Assembly: GCF_036365525.1 (NCBI RefSeq)
Contig: NC_090412.1
Coordinates: 6,676,123-6,740,122, forward strand
Direction of reading: 5' to 3'
From: Heterodontus francisci
Taxonomy: Eukaryota
Length of the DNA stretch: 64,000 nt
Shown here: positions 37,397 through 50,364 of the stretch, in pieces
How the letters are laid out: every line of letters begins with the position of its first letter
How positions within the stretch are numbered: position 1 is the first letter of the stretch
Notes under the pieces: generated by a model
Told to the model about the DNA's origin: nothing
Databases searched by the model: none
What the model saw: only the letters and a program-made list of their open reading frames with translations
Made by a program: the position numbers and the translations under genes

Positions 37397-38212
37397 GTAG
37401 GTCTGTAGTTGCAAGCAATGAGCAGACTGAATCTTCGAAGTAAAATTCCTCTACTTTTACTTAGATTAAATTGCCTTCCAAGACAGCTTTAGCGAAAGCC
37501 CACTTGACATTTTCAATCCTGCGCTTTCCCTCATTGGTTATGAGCACACGTGATACTTACTGCTCAGTTCTGCCCCATTTAATTCTGCATTTTGTGGGAT
37601 CAAGATCATCGAGAATCTCCGCTGCAGATACTTCTGTTAAGTTATGAGGAAAGATTACATAAACTAGACCTGTCATAGCCTGAAATATGGAAGGTTAACG
37701 GGTGATTTGATTGAGAAAAGAAAAAATGGCTTGTATTTCTTTAACGCCTTTCACCACCTCTGGATTTCCCAAATCACTTTACAGCCAATGAAGTGTAGTC
37801 TGTGTTGTAATGTGTGATTGAAGTTTTTAGGATTTTAAAGGGAATTGATGAGAGAGAAACCTTTTCCACTTTTAGAGGAGAGAACCTTAGAATCAGAACC
37901 AGTCAATTCAGGAGAGAAGTTAGGAAATACTTCTTCATGTAAAAGGTGGTAAAAGTGTAGAAGTCTCTCTCATTTAAAAAAAAAGCAATAGATGCTAGCT
38001 CGATAAATAATTTAAAACCAGAGATCAATAGGTTTTACCTAGTCAAGAAATATGGAGGCAAGGGGGATAAGTGGAGTTCGGATACAGATCAGCCATGATC
38101 TGATTGATTGGCGGAACAGGTTTGAGGGGCTGAATGGCCTACTCCTGTTCCTAACTCCCAAGCATAAACCAGCCAAAGCTTCATTTCTGTTAGAGAATTA
38201 CTTCTTTTCCTA

Positions 38213-38725
38213 ACAGGAAAGACTTGCATTTATATAGCACCTTTTACGTCCTCGGGGCATCGCGAAACGTTTTACAGCCAATGAAGTGCTTTTTGAAGGA
38301 TAGTCAGCGTTGTAGGAAACGTGGACAGCAAGATCCCACAAACAGCAATCTGATAATGACCAGATAATCTGTCCTAGTGATGTTGGTTGAGGTGGATAAA
38401 TATCAGCTAGTACACTGGGGAGAACACTGCATCTCTTCAGATTAGTACCATAGGATCTTTTCAGTCCACCTGAGACAGGACCTTGCAGAACCTCTAACAG
38501 TGCAGCCAAGGGATAGGAAGATTCCAGCAATGTTGGTTCCATTTTGAAGAGCAGGAGAGTGCTGGCCAAAATTAACCCCTGAACTAGCATCAGTGGATAT
38601 GCTATTCTCTAGTTCTGCATTGAGGCGTTGGCATAGATTCTTTACCCAAGTCTCTGGAGTGGGGTTTGAACCCACAACCTTCTAACTTAGAGGCAAGAGT
38701 GTGCTACCCACTGAGCCACAGCTGA
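38213..38725 (-). mobile_element. Deu-domain SINE with internal rearrangement
   Basis: Head near 38725, tail near 38213, extra segment at about 38490-38610. Confidence 0.75.
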
Positions 38726-38946
38726 ACATGGGGTCCAAGTAATTATCTACCTCGTGAAGGAACTCTGCAAATGGACAGATTCAAACAAAGGGAAACCCAA
38801 GACTTGAAGCTCTATCCTACTTGCCCATGCTATTATCCTAAGAATTGGTTTCAAAGATATGACTAGTCGTCCAAAACATAACTGTTTAAAAGTTAATGTG
38901 TCACTGACTGAAACCAAAGCATCTTAACTCGTTGTTTCATCTCTAG

Positions 38947-39072
38947 GTAAACAAATCACAGTGACAAATGGGCCCATTTTAGCCTTCGATAATGATGAAG
39001 GACCAAATGCTGTGGTCAGTTATCGATTACAGGGTAACTGGACTGAATTGTTCACTGTGGACAGAAACACCG
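38947..39072 (+). CDS. CDH23: Cadherin-23 coding exon (about exon 46), 126 nt
   Basis: Acceptor atctctag, donor GTGAGT. Encodes (G)KQITVTNGPILAFDNDEGPNAVVSYRLQGNWTELFTVDRNT(G). Confidence 0.96.
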
Positions 39073-39454
39073 GTGAGTTATCCCCCTTCTGTTATACAGA
39101 GCGAGAAAGGAAGATTTTTGTTCAATAGTGCTCAACACATCCTGAAGAAATATCTTCAAGTATTTTACATCTAGGAAATTATTCTGAAGCCTACTGACTG
39201 TTAAAAGGACAAATGTGGCAGTCAGTTTGCTTGCAAACAGCAATGAGACAAATGACTAGGCAATCTCTTTCAGGCAGCATTAGCTGAGGGACCATCAGAG
39301 AGTTTAATCTGTGTTTACTATCTCGTGCAAAGGACAGCATCTCCAACAGGTCAATGGAAATAAAAAAATATTGGAGACAGATGGAAAACAGACTGATGAC
39401 TTGCTATCGGCCGTTTTACTCTGGCACAAGACCAAGATCGACCCCTTTGAGTTT

Positions 39455-40245
39455 CATAGAGTCATAGTCATTTACAGCACAGAAGGAGGCCATTCAGCCA
39501 TCAAGTCCATGCCAGCTCTCCACGGAACTATGCAGTCAGCCCCACTCCCCGGCTCGATCCCCGTAGCCCTGCAAGACCATTTCTCTTAGGTGACCACCCA
39601 ACTTCCTCTTGAAGTCATTGATCTTCTCCACTTCCACCACCCTTGTGGGCAGCGAGTTCCAGGTCATTACCACCCGCTGTGTAAAAAAGAAAGTGCTTCC
39701 TCATTCCCCCTGCATCTTTTGGCCACAACTTTAATCTGTGTCCCCTCGTCCTTGTACCATTTGTTAATGGAACAGCATTTCCTTGTCTAACTTATCTAAG
39801 CCTGATATAATCTTGAACACTTCTAATAAATCTCCCCTCAATCTCCTTTGTTTCAAGGACAACAAACTCGACTTTTCCAACCTAACCTTTTAACTAAAAT
39901 CCTCCAATCCTGGAACCATTCTGGTAAATCTCCTCTGCACTCTCTCAAGGACCCTCACATCCTTCCTAAAGTGTGGCGACCAGAACTGGACACAATACTC
40001 CAGTTGGGGCCTAACGAGGGCTTTATAAAGGTTCGGCATGACTTCCCTGCTTTTGTACTCAGTGCCTCTATTTATGAAGCCCAAGATCCCATATGCTTTA
40101 CTAACCACTCTCTCAATATGTCTACCATCGTCAAAGATCGATGCACATGCGCTCCCAGGTCCCTCTGTTCCTGCACACTCTTTAGAACTGTGCCATTAAG
40201 TATATTTTGCCTCTCTTTATTCCTGCTGCCAAAATGTATAACTTC
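39455..40245 (-). mobile_element. CR1 LINE 3' fragment
   Basis: ORF ...LYKALVRPQLEYCVQFWSPHFRKDVRVLERVQRRFTRMVPGL. Confidence 0.92.
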
Positions 40246-41172
40246 TCCATTTCACACTCAGTTTCTGTTGGAAACTCCACACCCAGGCCCAGTTAGGATC
40301 AAAGGATTATGCAGGTCTGGAAGAGGCCATGTGGCTACACCAAAGTTTGAAAAGTACTCGTCTGTATTCTATTCTTCTGTGATTCATACCCCCCCTCAAT
40401 GGATTTCTGTGCCCCATCAGGAAATTGAATTCCAGCTTCCAACATGGTTCTCAATCGTTCAAAGGCAGAGCTAAAATCTTCAGGGATTTGAACCTCAGTG
40501 GGCATATGACCATTGGGTGTTATGTTCAGGACCCTAAACATTGGGTCATTCCAACACTCCATCCCAACAAAAATATTGCATCAAAAGAAAAGTTACATTT
40601 GGTTAGTTTTCCAGTAGTAAAAGTCCAAGCAGAAGAGACTGTGCAGTGAAGGGAAATTCCCTAGGATGTGCGTTGGGGAGGTTTGGTTTATATGGGTGGG
40701 ATTTAAAGAAAAACTCAGCCTTGAAAAGAGGCCAATAACAGGAGACTTTATTGAGGCTGATGAGAAACTAAGCAAATCTGGAGCTGTCGACTGCTGGACA
40801 AAGGAACAAAGCCACAACCTAGTTCAAGGCAAGTTGAGGACTGATGCCAGGAACATGCACACTGAGAAATCCTTTGAAAAGGAAGGAGGCCAGAACTTCT
40901 GTTTGTTCAAGAGGTGGGATTGTAGATTCCAAAGAAGTATGAAGTATATGGATGAATGGACTGTACTTTGTGAGGAAACAGTTAAGATGGCGCAACTTCT
41001 TAACAATTAGAGCAGAATATTCACTAAAATATATTGCATTTTGGAAGTGGAATTGTTTTTTATTTGCCTCCTGGTTTTGCTGAGATTTTGTATGATGATC
41101 TTATCTATCTCAGACGAATGTGATGAGTTTAATTAATGCATTTGATGATTTTGTCCTTGAAACATTTTCCAG

Positions 41173-41376
41173 GGATTGTTTCTGTGGCACCAGGAAATAT
41201 CATTGACAGGGAGTCATTACCCACCGCAAGTCTGGAGTTCACCTTGATAGCAGAAGACATTGGTCTACTGAAGAGTGTGGCTGGGCTTGTAGTAGCAGTC
41301 CTGGATCAAAATGACAACAGGCCAGTCTTCACCTCTCCTTTATTGACAGTCCACGTTCAGGAAAACAGCCCCTCAG
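41173..41376 (+). CDS. CDH23: Cadherin-23 coding exon (about exon 47), 204 nt
   Basis: Acceptor ttttccag, donor GTGAAA. Encodes (G)IVSVAPGNIIDRESLPTASLEFTLIAEDIGLLKSVAGLVVAVLDQNDNRPVFTSPLLTVHVQENSPS(G). Confidence 0.97.
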
Positions 41377-43280
41377 GTGAAATAAGTTATTATCGGGTCA
41401 TAAATGTCAATGAACTGTTAACTGCTGTTGCTAGATAGACAAATGTCAGATAGCTTGGAAGCAATAGTTTGGAGAGCTAGAAATTCCCCACATTCAATGT
41501 GTACTCAGTTGGGCAAATATTGCATGGGACAAGGCAGAATGTCTCAAATGTCCTTTGTGTTTGGACACTCTTTGAGTGATTCCTTGATGCTACTAGAAAA
41601 TTGGCAGGCTATAATCCTCTTCCTTCCCTTTCCCCATCCCACTTTCTCCTATTTATCCTTGCACCTGTATCCTCTGTTTTCTTCTCTAGTTTGGTTTATT
41701 TAATATTGCTGCCTAATGTGAACAGTGGCACTTGCAATCATGGACTGAGCTATCAAACACTCGCATCTGACACATTGCAAAGCTCATGGTAAAAGCTCAC
41801 AAATGGTCCACCCCACCCTCTTGGAGCATAAAGCAGCATCGTTCTTTTAAAATCTCCTTGCTGAAGGTTTGGGTGGCTAATGGCTCCATGATATCTGGGA
41901 GCTGGATCTAAGTCTGGCCAGACTGATGGGATGTACACCTCTTTGCTGGCTGTAAGGATCCCAAATGAAATTAATTTGGAAAATCTCCACCTGGTTCCCT
42001 GTGATAATCATTCTAATTCAGCCTGTAATTCAGCACAAAAAATTGGGAGTCTGAATCAAAGAGGTCACAAAAAGGAAGGTACAGGACATGTCCGGTTTGT
42101 GTAATACAGTGCAGAGGGCTGTTTGGTTAGCAATTGGCAATGTTGATGCGACTAGGAAGCACTTGATCCTTGTACTAGCTCCAAAAGTGGGAATGTGTTC
42201 CATTTTCTTTTCTAGCATTGCTTATGTGAAACACAAGAAAAGGGAAGGAAAACAACAGAACACATGCTCATTGGCACCAGGCTCAGGGGGTTGAACATTA
42301 TCTGTACAATACTCATTTTTTTTTTGTCTTGGTTTAAGTTCAGTGTTCTTTTCCTCTAAATCTTTAAAAATATGTGCATTTGCGGTCACTCAACATCTCG
42401 AAGTAGAAGTGCCATCCAATATCTTATGCTAAATCTTGCAAAACAGTCTTCCTCATGCAAACCACACACACAAAATTATTTTCAGCTCTTATGATTGAGT
42501 GGCCAAATTCACTGCAAGATGCAGCACGGAGTGAGACAGATTGCAAAGGTCCCGGTTTGGTTCCTGAGTCTGCTGGTATTGTCTAGAGTGTTACTGGCAA
42601 AGCTACAATCAACTTTCAGCATCCCTGGGCTGACTGGAAGATATGACCAGGATTTCCATTCCTGAATGGGACAGCATCAATGCCCATCTCTTATCCTGCT
42701 TGCATTCACTGCCTAGGCAAACACCTGAGAATGGTGACTTACAGAAGACTATGGGCTCCTACAGATCCAAAGTTGGATAGAATTCCCCCGCACCATCCAA
42801 TCTTCCTTCAGTTTCCCCTGTGCCAACCGCCGTCATTGGCTGAGACGGTACGAAGGTCCTCTGACTCCAAGCCTTGAATGTCACTTTGAGACCAGCTGAT
42901 CAGAGTTAGGAAAGTGGGCCTCCGGTCTGTCTAATTTACTGTCTTTTGCTGTTTGTGAGTGGGGAACCTTTGCTCAGAACTTCCTAATTGGAGCACAGCT
43001 TTGAGCAGTAATCAGCATGTGAGGAGTCAATGATACAGGCCCATATTCCATCTGACAATGACATAACTGCATTGGGATTCCTATATATAATCCTTCTTAG
43101 GACAATTATTCTTACATAAACTGGAAATAGGGTCTTCTTTTAAGATAGTGGGATTGACAGAAACAAATAAAAGAATTGCATTTTCTCGTAAAAATCCAAA
43201 CGCGAGAAACCAGTTTCTTGTGAGAGAATTTTCCTTGGTCTGAGAAGACAGATACATTGCAGTACCTTTTTGTGTTGTAG

Positions 43281-43742
43281 GTTTTAGTGTTGGCCAGGTA
43301 ACAGCCACAGATGCAGATGTTGGTCTGAACCAGCAACTGAGCTACCGAATAGAGGGAGGTGCCCAGGATAAGTTTATCATTGACCCCCGCCGTGGAGTTA
43401 TCAAAGTGGCCAATGGAGTAACTGTAGACCGAGAGGAAAGAGGCTCCTACGCACTCACTGTGGTAGCAATGGATCATGGTACCCCATCATTGTCAGCAAG
43501 TGCTACTGTGAATATTGTAATTGATGATATTAACGATTGCAGACCCGAGTTTATTAACCCTGTCCAGACTGTAAGCATCAGTGAGTCGGTGACTGTTGGT
43601 GCCACCATAGCAAACATTACAGCTACAGATCGGGACCTCAACCCCCAGCTGGAGTATTACATCATCGAGCTTGTTGCTAAAGATGACACAGATGAAGAGG
43701 TACAACAACAGCAAAGGGCCTTTGACATCAATTTTCAGACAG
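43281..43742 (+). CDS. CDH23: Cadherin-23 coding exon (about exon 48), 462 nt
   Basis: Acceptor tgttgtag, donor GTAAAT. Encodes (G)FSVGQVTATDADVGLNQQLSYRIEGGAQDKF...VDREERGSYAL...DDINDCRPEFINPVQTVS...ATDRDLNPQLEYYIIELVAKDDTD...AFDINFQT(G). Confidence 0.98.
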
Positions 43743-46443
43743 GTAAATCTTAAACACAGGCTTGCCAAAAAAAACCCACAACAATTGTTAAAAACGTCAA
43801 GTCTTTCTTTTGCTTTAAGTATCAGTTTGCTGGACTGGTAATGAAGAGAAGTCTGATTCATTGGTGATAGGTCAACTGATTGTGATTGTGCTGCTGTCTG
43901 GTCTTCGTCCCCTGGCAAAGGGAGCTGTAGTTCCTTTTGATTATATTTCACTTCTGCCAAGCTTCTGGAGTGCTCACTCCTGGTTCAACTACCCATTTCT
44001 CATTCCACAGGAGTATGGAAACATGATTCATGCTCCAGTTGTTTGTTTCAAGAGTTTCTATTCCATCAAAGAAGTTCACAACATAAAAACGAGGAGCAGG
44101 AGTAGGCCACTCGGCCCCTCAAGCATGCTGTATCATTAATAAGCTCATGGCTGAACTTCTACCTCAAATCCACTTTCCCGCCCATTCCCCATACCTCTTG
44201 ATTCCCTTAGTATTCAAAAATCTATCGATCTCAGTCTTGAATATACTCAACGACTGAGCATCCACAACCCTCTGGGGTAGAGAATTCCAAAGATTCACCA
44301 CCCTCTGAGTGAAGAAATTCTCCACATCTCAGTCCTAACTCATCGACCCTTTGTGCTGCGACTATGACCATAGTTCTAGATTCTAGTTCTGGTATATCTT
44401 GGGCTTATTGTACCAACTAAGATCTGGGGTCTTGCAGGAATGTGATTCGATATTCACGCTGGTACCGCACTCACTAATTGGTATAAGAATTTGCCATCAG
44501 TGATATGCAAGGAACTGAAGCAATTAAACTGCCTGTTCCATGAACACAGCAAGAGCACCTCAGTCAACAGGGCTACTCACTCTGCATCAACTATGGGCAA
44601 CGCCACCTGCTAACATGTAGCTTTCATCCACATCATTTCCCCCTATTTAATCAAAGGATCAGAAAGAGTGTCAGATTCCAGAGGGACTGTAACTTGGGTG
44701 GTCCCTACAGCTAGCCTCTGTATCCTGCCCTCAGAAGAATGCTTTTGAAGGTTTTGCAAGGGGGAGAGAAATGAATGGACAGCTTAATGACCAAAGATGT
44801 AATGATTCAAAGATCTGCCTGCAGTGGGCAGGTGGAGTGGAGCAATCCCTTTACTCTTGAGAATAAAGATCACGTTTACATATTGAAATTTTCGCAATAA
44901 AGCAGAGGTGCCCAATATACTTTGGTTTTACAAAAGCATCAGGGAATTAAGTATAAAACAGGTGCAGGAGACTAAATGGGCATTTGAGGTAGTTTTCTCA
45001 CTATTGACTCACAGCACTTACTGGTATTAAAGGGACATCCCTCAATTCTGATACTCTGGTGGACCTGTTCTGGTTGCACCAGCTTCCTTGGTGTCCTTTT
45101 GGACATTTCAATATCCTTGATAGAATGTGGCATTTTTCAAAGCCTTAAACCCCCGCCCCCCCACCCCCCCATCTATTCATAATATGGTTCTATAGTCCTA
45201 CCCATCCCCTAGACTCCACAGAGCATGTTACCTTTTGCCCTTCAAACATTGCAGTTCTCCACTCTCAGACCCTTTGTCCAATATAATAAAGGACCACTTT
45301 CGTGCAAAGTGCCTGGCATTATCTAACTCAGGTTTCCCTTGTGCCAGCATTACATTGTACTGGTGACGTTAGGAAGCTCGGGCTGATGACAAAGGTAGGT
45401 ACAGCCTTTGAACTAAAAGTTTAGGTGGTTTATTAATTTTAGAACTTCATCACTGGTTTTGTAGAATTACTGCAGTAATCTATTGGTGAGGATTATGTAT
45501 AGATTTTTAGTGACTGATGAATGCTTTAAAAACTACTTCAATGGCTGTAAAACACTTCGGGGAGTCCTGAAAGGCTCTATATAAATGTCAGTTCTTTGCT
45601 TCTTTATTCTGATAGTTATTGCCCTGTTTCTTGGTAGTACTTGGAAACAGGAGCAGGACATACTGTCCCTCAAACCTGCTGCACCACTTAATAACATCGT
45701 GACTGATACCCTCCCCCACCAAATTGAGGCTAAAATCAGCTTCTTACCCCATATGCTACAAACCCGTAGCTAACCATTGGCGAGAGAGAAAAGTTAACTG
45801 ACAGGGCACCCATCGAGATGCTTCACTCCAGCAATTTCTGGGTCATTATGAAAACCAAGAGGGTGTATGTGTTTTAACCAATGAATAGCGATACACTGAA
45901 GCAGCAATGGGTTCTCCTTGCGAGAGGCATTTAAGGCAGCATAGAGGGAGCTTGATCCAACAAAACCTCTGAAGGAGAAGGGTGATAAAATGGCGCGATT
46001 TTAATTTGGTGCGCAAATTTTCCTTTGTGCTGGTTGACCTGTTGACCCCTTAGAGCTGTTAACTCCATGGACTATTTCTGAGCTGCATCTAATGCCCACT
46101 TGGTATTATTCAAATAATCTGTTCTTGACGTATTTGAGGTTTACATGGTCAGTGCAGTTTTAAAAATGAATAATCCTGTGATAGGAAATCCAAGCAAGCT
46201 AGTTCAAAAATAATGAAGACTGCCCAGAGAGAGAGGGCGATTTTGGATTCTTGTACCAGCGTCTATTTTTGAACGTTGGATTAAATCCTCTTTGCGTCCA
46301 GATCATCCATCACAATGATAAGCCTCCTTCCCAAGGAAGGAAAGAATAAACACTGTTACTTACACAACATTCAGTGATTGCAAACTTCGCTCTAAGTCCA
46401 GGGAACATTTTTCCAACTAACAAGCTTGCTATTTCTTGTCCAG

Positions 46444-46560
46444 GTGCTGTGTTTGTAAGAACCCCTTTGAATCGGGAGCTGGTAGCTGTCTACGAACTCA
46501 CTATATCAGTACATGACAATGCTAGTGATGTAATCAGACATTCTGTCAGTGTTCCCAATG
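46444..46560 (+). CDS. CDH23: Cadherin-23 coding exon (about exon 49), 117 nt
   Basis: Acceptor cttgtccag, donor GTAAGA. Encodes (G)AVFVRTPLNRELVAVYELTISVHDNASDVIRHSVSVPN(A). Confidence 0.97.
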
Positions 46561-46773
46561 GTAAGATTTTCTCATTCAATTTAAAAGTAGCCACTCCAGG
46601 ACAGCACTGTTTAGGTAGGATGTGACATCTCTCAATTCCTGATCAATACTCTGTCCAGTTTAGCTATGGAAGTGAAATGCTTCTGTAGATGATGACAGCT
46701 ACTATTTTAGAATAAAACTTTGCGTTTAAAGAATAAAACTTTCCTGTTAGAAAAGTACTTTCTATATAAATAT

Positions 46774-47229
46774 TGTAGCTTAGTTAGACGACTGCTGATT
46801 GAGGTCTTGTGTAATCAGCTATGTCCTTGGTGAATTGAGGAGGCATGCTGACATTCTTGTTATCTTATGTTTTATGGAGGTTAGGTATGGTGTTATCAAC
46901 GTGGAGATAGGAGTAGAACAGATAGTTGCTAGGCGAGAGATAACCGACATTATTGATAGGAAGTCCTATTCAAGGATGTTCAAATTATATAAGCCAGAGC
47001 TCGGAGGTTAGATGTTAGAATATTCTTGAAGCAAATTGGAAATGCTACAGGTAAGACCCTACGAGATTGATCACCTGGAACCTTGTGTTATTAGTCAGGT
47101 TGTATGTTTAACTGTTTAATTACAGCCACTGCAATTGAAATTCTTTATGCTGGGTTGGAATTTCTTTAATATTTATAATAAACATAGATTCTTTGGAACA
47201 AGCCTCCCTCTAGTCTTTCAGGTATGACA
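46774..47229 (+). mobile_element. Possible solo LTR
   Basis: TG...CA ends, TATATAA near 46986, AATAAA near 47177; no TSD found. Confidence 0.35.
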
Positions 47230-47885
47230 GAATCGAATCTCATATATTTAAGACACAAGGGAAGGCTTCAAGTCCTGGAGATGGTGCAGAGAACAGTCTT
47301 AGGGCTGATCCGTAGCAACCAAATGACTAAATTAAGAGAAAGAACTAGAAATTTGGGCTTTTGCATCTCGAAAGGTGAAAGGTAAATGGTGGAGATTATC
47401 GCAAAGGTAAATTGGAGCGTCGCCATCACATGAGCGCCAAGAGGCTCAGAATCCAACTGGTGCGAGACAGTTTTAGGAATGAAGTCAGGAAGTTCATTAC
47501 GTAAAGAGCAATCAATAATTAAAATGGACTTTCAAGGAGGATTGTAGAGAGGATAGCCCTGTGATTATTTAAGGAGCAGTTGGATGTGTTGGACTGTATG
47601 TTAGTTCTGTACGGTGGAAAGCAAGTTCAGGACTGAAATCAGGAAGTTTATCACCTAACGCTTGACTATGGGGATTGGGTGTGATACCGTGAGATTGGGG
47701 GAATGGGGAGAACATCAGAAATTGGAATAGGAGTAGGTCGTACAGTCCTTCAAGCCTTCTCTGCCATTCAGTAAGATCATGGCTGATATCAACTCCTCTT
47801 TCCCATCCCTTCCCCAAATCCCTTGATTCCTTTAACAGAATTATTAATCTTATTTAAATCTATATATTTCTTTGGACTATTTCAG

Positions 47886-48110
47886 CAAAGCTGACAGTGA
47901 ATGTCCTGGATGTTAATGACAATCCTCCCCGCTTCAGACCATTTGGCGTGAATATTTTCACTGAAAGGATTCTGGAAGGGGCAATAGCCGGGACAACGCT
48001 GCTCTCTGTATCAGCCGTAGATCCTGATAAAGGCCCCAATGGACTGATCAACTACGAGCTCCTGAACCTTCCTCCCGGGGATTACATCAGACTGGAGGAT
48101 CCTGCAGCAG
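47886..48110 (+). CDS. CDH23: Cadherin-23 coding exon (about exon 50), 225 nt
   Basis: Acceptor tatttcag, donor GTGAGC. Encodes (A)KLTVNVLDVNDNPPRFRPFGVNIFTERILEGAIAGTTLLSVSAVDPDKGPNGLINYELLNLPPGDYIRLEDPAA(G). Confidence 0.98.
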
Positions 48111-48523
48111 GTGAGCATAGGGGAGAAAGTTCTATCAATCTTCGATGTCAGCACACTTCCCATCAATGAACACCATCTGTCACAGTTTTGTCCACTCACT
48201 TAATCTGTCAATGTCCTTTTCCATCTTCCTGCTCCCACCTACCCTATTTTACTGCTGCCAAACTTGGTGTCATCTTTAAACTTGGATATATGAGTACATC
48301 GATATCTGCAGAGATCCCATTGACTCTGTCAATATTTACTGGGATCCAGCATAGAAGTAGTTTGAAAGCTTATGGTTTAAGCACCAGCTGGGATTGATGC
48401 ACTGCAGAGCTGATGTTATGTGAGCAATTATCTTTAATAAACACTCTTTCCACACCCTCTACCCACCCCCTCCCTCACCTCGTACACTCCCCCACTCCGT
48501 CCCATTCCCACTTCTCCCCGCAG

Positions 48524-48693
48524 GGAAAATAGTTGCAAGCCGGACAGTGGATTACGAAGAGGTTCAGTGGCTGAATTTCACAGTGCGAGCAGTGGATCAC
48601 GGATCGCCACCTCGATCTGTAGAGGTTCCGGTTTATTTACAGATCAAGGACGTCAATGATAACAACCCTGTCTTTGTGCAGTCTTCCTACCAG
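48524..48693 (+). CDS. CDH23: Cadherin-23 coding exon (about exon 51), 170 nt
   Basis: Acceptor ctccccgcag, donor GTAACT. Encodes (G)KIVASRTVDYEEVQWLNFTVRAVDHGSPPRSVEVPVYLQIKDVNDNNPVFVQSSYQ. Confidence 0.98.
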
Positions 48694-49166
48694 GTAACTG
48701 TGCCATCCCATAATGGACAGTGAGTAGCTCCGGATGCTAGAAGATGTAACTCATGACCAATCTGTGGTGTGCAAGGAGCAGGAGTAGGCCATTCGGCCCC
48801 TCGAGCCTGCTGTGCCATTCAGTACAATCATGGCTGAACTCCACTTTCCTGCCCTATCCCCATGTCCCTTGTTTCCCCCAGTGCCCAAAATCTATCGACC
48901 TCTGCCTTAAATATGCTCATCGACTGAATATCCACAGTCCTCTGGAGTAGAGGTGAGTGAAAAGACTTCTCATCTCAGTCCTAAATGGTTGACCCCATAC
49001 CCTGAGACCATGACCCCTAGTTCTAGACACTGCAGCCATACGATATCTCTGATCCACAGTGCACCCTGTGACGTAGATCTTGACTTTGTGCGATAGCGTA
49101 AAATGAATTATAGTGAATCAGCAGCCATCCCTCCCGGCTATTGAAGTCAGAATGGATCGGCCACTC

Positions 49167-49992
49167 GGGCTGGATGTTACCAAGCCCTCGACATTGTGAT
49201 CTATGGCGGAGGGGGTGGGGTGGGCCTGAAGATGGCTCTAGTTGAGGCCTGCCACAGACCTCGATGCTGGTAGGGCCCGGCCCGATCCTCCCCTGCAGCG
49301 GCAAGGCTCCGTGGCGGCCCCCACCGCTGGGTGACGTGAAACTACTTAACATATGTTAATCAAGTGAATGGATAAATTACAATACACACACCTGGAATCC
49401 CGAGGGCCCACCATGATCTTCAACACGGTGGACGGCACTCCCACGCCTTCCATTCCCCGACCGTGACACTGGTGGGGAGGAGGGTAAGATTTTCAGTGTT
49501 GGGGGGTGGGGGGGCGTTTGGAAGAGGCTCTAATACACGTAATGGGTGTAGGGGATGGTGGGAAGGGTTGAAGTTCAAATTGTGTGCAGTCTGGGGGGGG
49601 AGGGAGCGCGGGGGAGAAGTCACATTTAAAGGTTAAGTGTTTTGTGGGGGGGGAAGGGCAATTAGTTATTGGGGAGGGTGGGAAAGGGACGTTAGAAATT
49701 TATTCATTTAATTTTGGGGGGATATTTCTTTAAAAATTTAAATATGTCGGCAGGGCTGGCAGCCCTTTAAAAAATGGCACCTGAGCCTGTGCACAGGCAG
49801 CTGATGCCATTGTCGGGCAGGGATGGACAGCCCCCCCCCACTCCCCTGCACAAGATTGGGGAGGGGGTGCGGTCACACCAGCCATTTAAATGAGCTGCCG
49901 CGCTTGAGATTTCAGTGGCTCTTTGGCGTGTGCAGATCGTCACTTCTTGAGCACGCCACTAAAATCAGCAACGGGCTTTTAAAATCCAGCCC
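49167..49992. mobile_element. GC-rich non-autonomous DNA transposon (Harbinger-like MITE)
   Basis: Imperfect about 20-bp TIRs gggctggatgttaccaagccc / gggcttttaaaatccagccc; no coding capacity; TSD not clear. Confidence 0.6.
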
Positions 49993-50226
49993 GTAGAATG
50001 GGAATCGCACTCTCTGGCTCCTCACTGTGTATGCTTGGCATTTCCTGTACCACCATACAACCAGTAACTGCTACCACACAACTGGCAAAGAATCATCATC
50101 TCAGGGTAAGATGGACCTTTGCTGATGTTTGTAGCTTCCGATTGTTCACCCGCAATCTCGTGCTGCTGTTGTGTCGGATGTTGGCTCTAATTAACTTCTC
50201 TTCCTCTGACCTGCGCGCTGATACAG

Positions 50227-50364
50227 AAGCCAGTATTCGAAGATGTCTCCTTGGGCACGGTGATTCTCCAAGTTAGTGCCGAGGATGCAGATAATGACAG
50301 ATTTTCCCAGATTGAATACAGCCTTGTGGATGGAGAGGGCCGGTTTGGAATCAGTCCCACATCG
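50227..50364 (+). CDS. CDH23: Cadherin-23 coding exon (about exon 52), 138 nt
   Basis: Acceptor gatacag, donor GTAGGG. Encodes KPVFEDVSLGTVILQVSAEDADNDRFSQIEYSLVDGEGRFGISPTS. Confidence 0.95.

Noticed and set aside
39848-40474. 208-aa ORF, the longest in the track
   Set aside because: Antisense reading of a CR1 fragment.
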